Shown piece by piece: positions 63,421 through 64,000 of a DNA stretch of 64,000 nucleotides; the first letter of the stretch is position 1; each line of letters begins with the position of its first letter. The stretch is taken from contig NW_024704743.1 in the NCBI RefSeq assembly GCF_018977255.1, positions 78,060,001 to 78,124,000 on the forward strand, in the 5' to 3' direction. Below the pieces are notes generated by a model. The model was not told the origin of the DNA and made no database searches. It worked only from the letters and a program-made list of their open reading frames with translations. Origin of the DNA: Callorhinchus milii (Eukaryota). The translations under genes were made by a program, and so were the position numbers.

Positions 63421-63722
63421 GTGGAGTTCTGTATCTCAGTGGTAAGAGCACTCGCCTCTCAAACAAGAGATCTGGGTTTGATTCCCGGCAGGGCGAACCT
63501 TGGGTAAGTTTTCTTACTCCACACACTTAATAATAATCCCTCAAGAAAAAAACAATAATGAATTTGTCACTTCAATCCACGACTGTTTGTGGGACACTGC
63601 TGTGCGTAATTGGCTGCCGCGTTTTGCCCCAAAAATTTACATTGTATTCTGTGAAGCACTTTGAGAGTCTAGAAGACGTGAAAAGTGCTATATCGAATGC
63701 AAGGATTATTATTGTTGTTATT
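63421..63722 (+). mobile_element. Same tRNA-derived SINE family
   Basis: Head gtggagttctgtatctcagtggtaagagcactcgcc and tail gcaaggattattatt. Confidence 0.88.
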
Positions 63723-64000
63723 ATCACACCCAGTATCACAAATCTTAAAGTCTTGGCCCAGGCCCAAAATTAAGATCTCAATCTTCTGAGAATAGTATGC
63801 AAAATCCCGTATGTTTTTATACAACCAATGTAGCTGTTTAAAAATGTGAGTTAAGATTAAAGGTACTGTGGATAAATACAGGAAGCCCAAGAGATGATAG
63901 AATCAAAGAAATAACAGTATAGAGGGTTGCTAAGTGCACTGATGAAGGAAGATTGCATTATAAGTACAGTTAAATTGGGGATAGAAAATGTGAGAATCGT

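Overview
AT-rich vertebrate genomic DNA. The SINE, CR1 and Penelope repertoire points to a cartilaginous fish, probably a holocephalan such as Callorhinchus (inference). One protein-coding gene is supported: eef1e1 (AIMP3/p18), 4 coding exons on + (47745-60556), 173 aa, all introns phase 0 with GT-AG ends. Its CpG-rich promoter is an array of about 12 units of ~25 bp carrying 11 CCAAT boxes plus GC boxes. It lies between a ~500 bp G-tract minisatellite and a ~1.5 kb (GCACAG/GGACAG)n satellite. In the upstream 46 kb I recognise no gene. That part is full of tRNA-derived SINEs (a DeuSINE-type family and a tRNA-Ala-like family that share an L2-type tail), L2, CR1 and L1/Tx1 LINE remnants, and Penelope terminal fragments with hammerhead-ribozyme cores. 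The main unexplained signals are several long hairpins, especially a 39-position stem in eef1e1 intron 1 whose wobbles are all G-U on the transcribed strand, and an H/ACA-like motif in intron 3. Apart from the eef1e1 and LINE-derived frames, the supplied ORFs appear to be noise. All family names come from recall, not from database searches.
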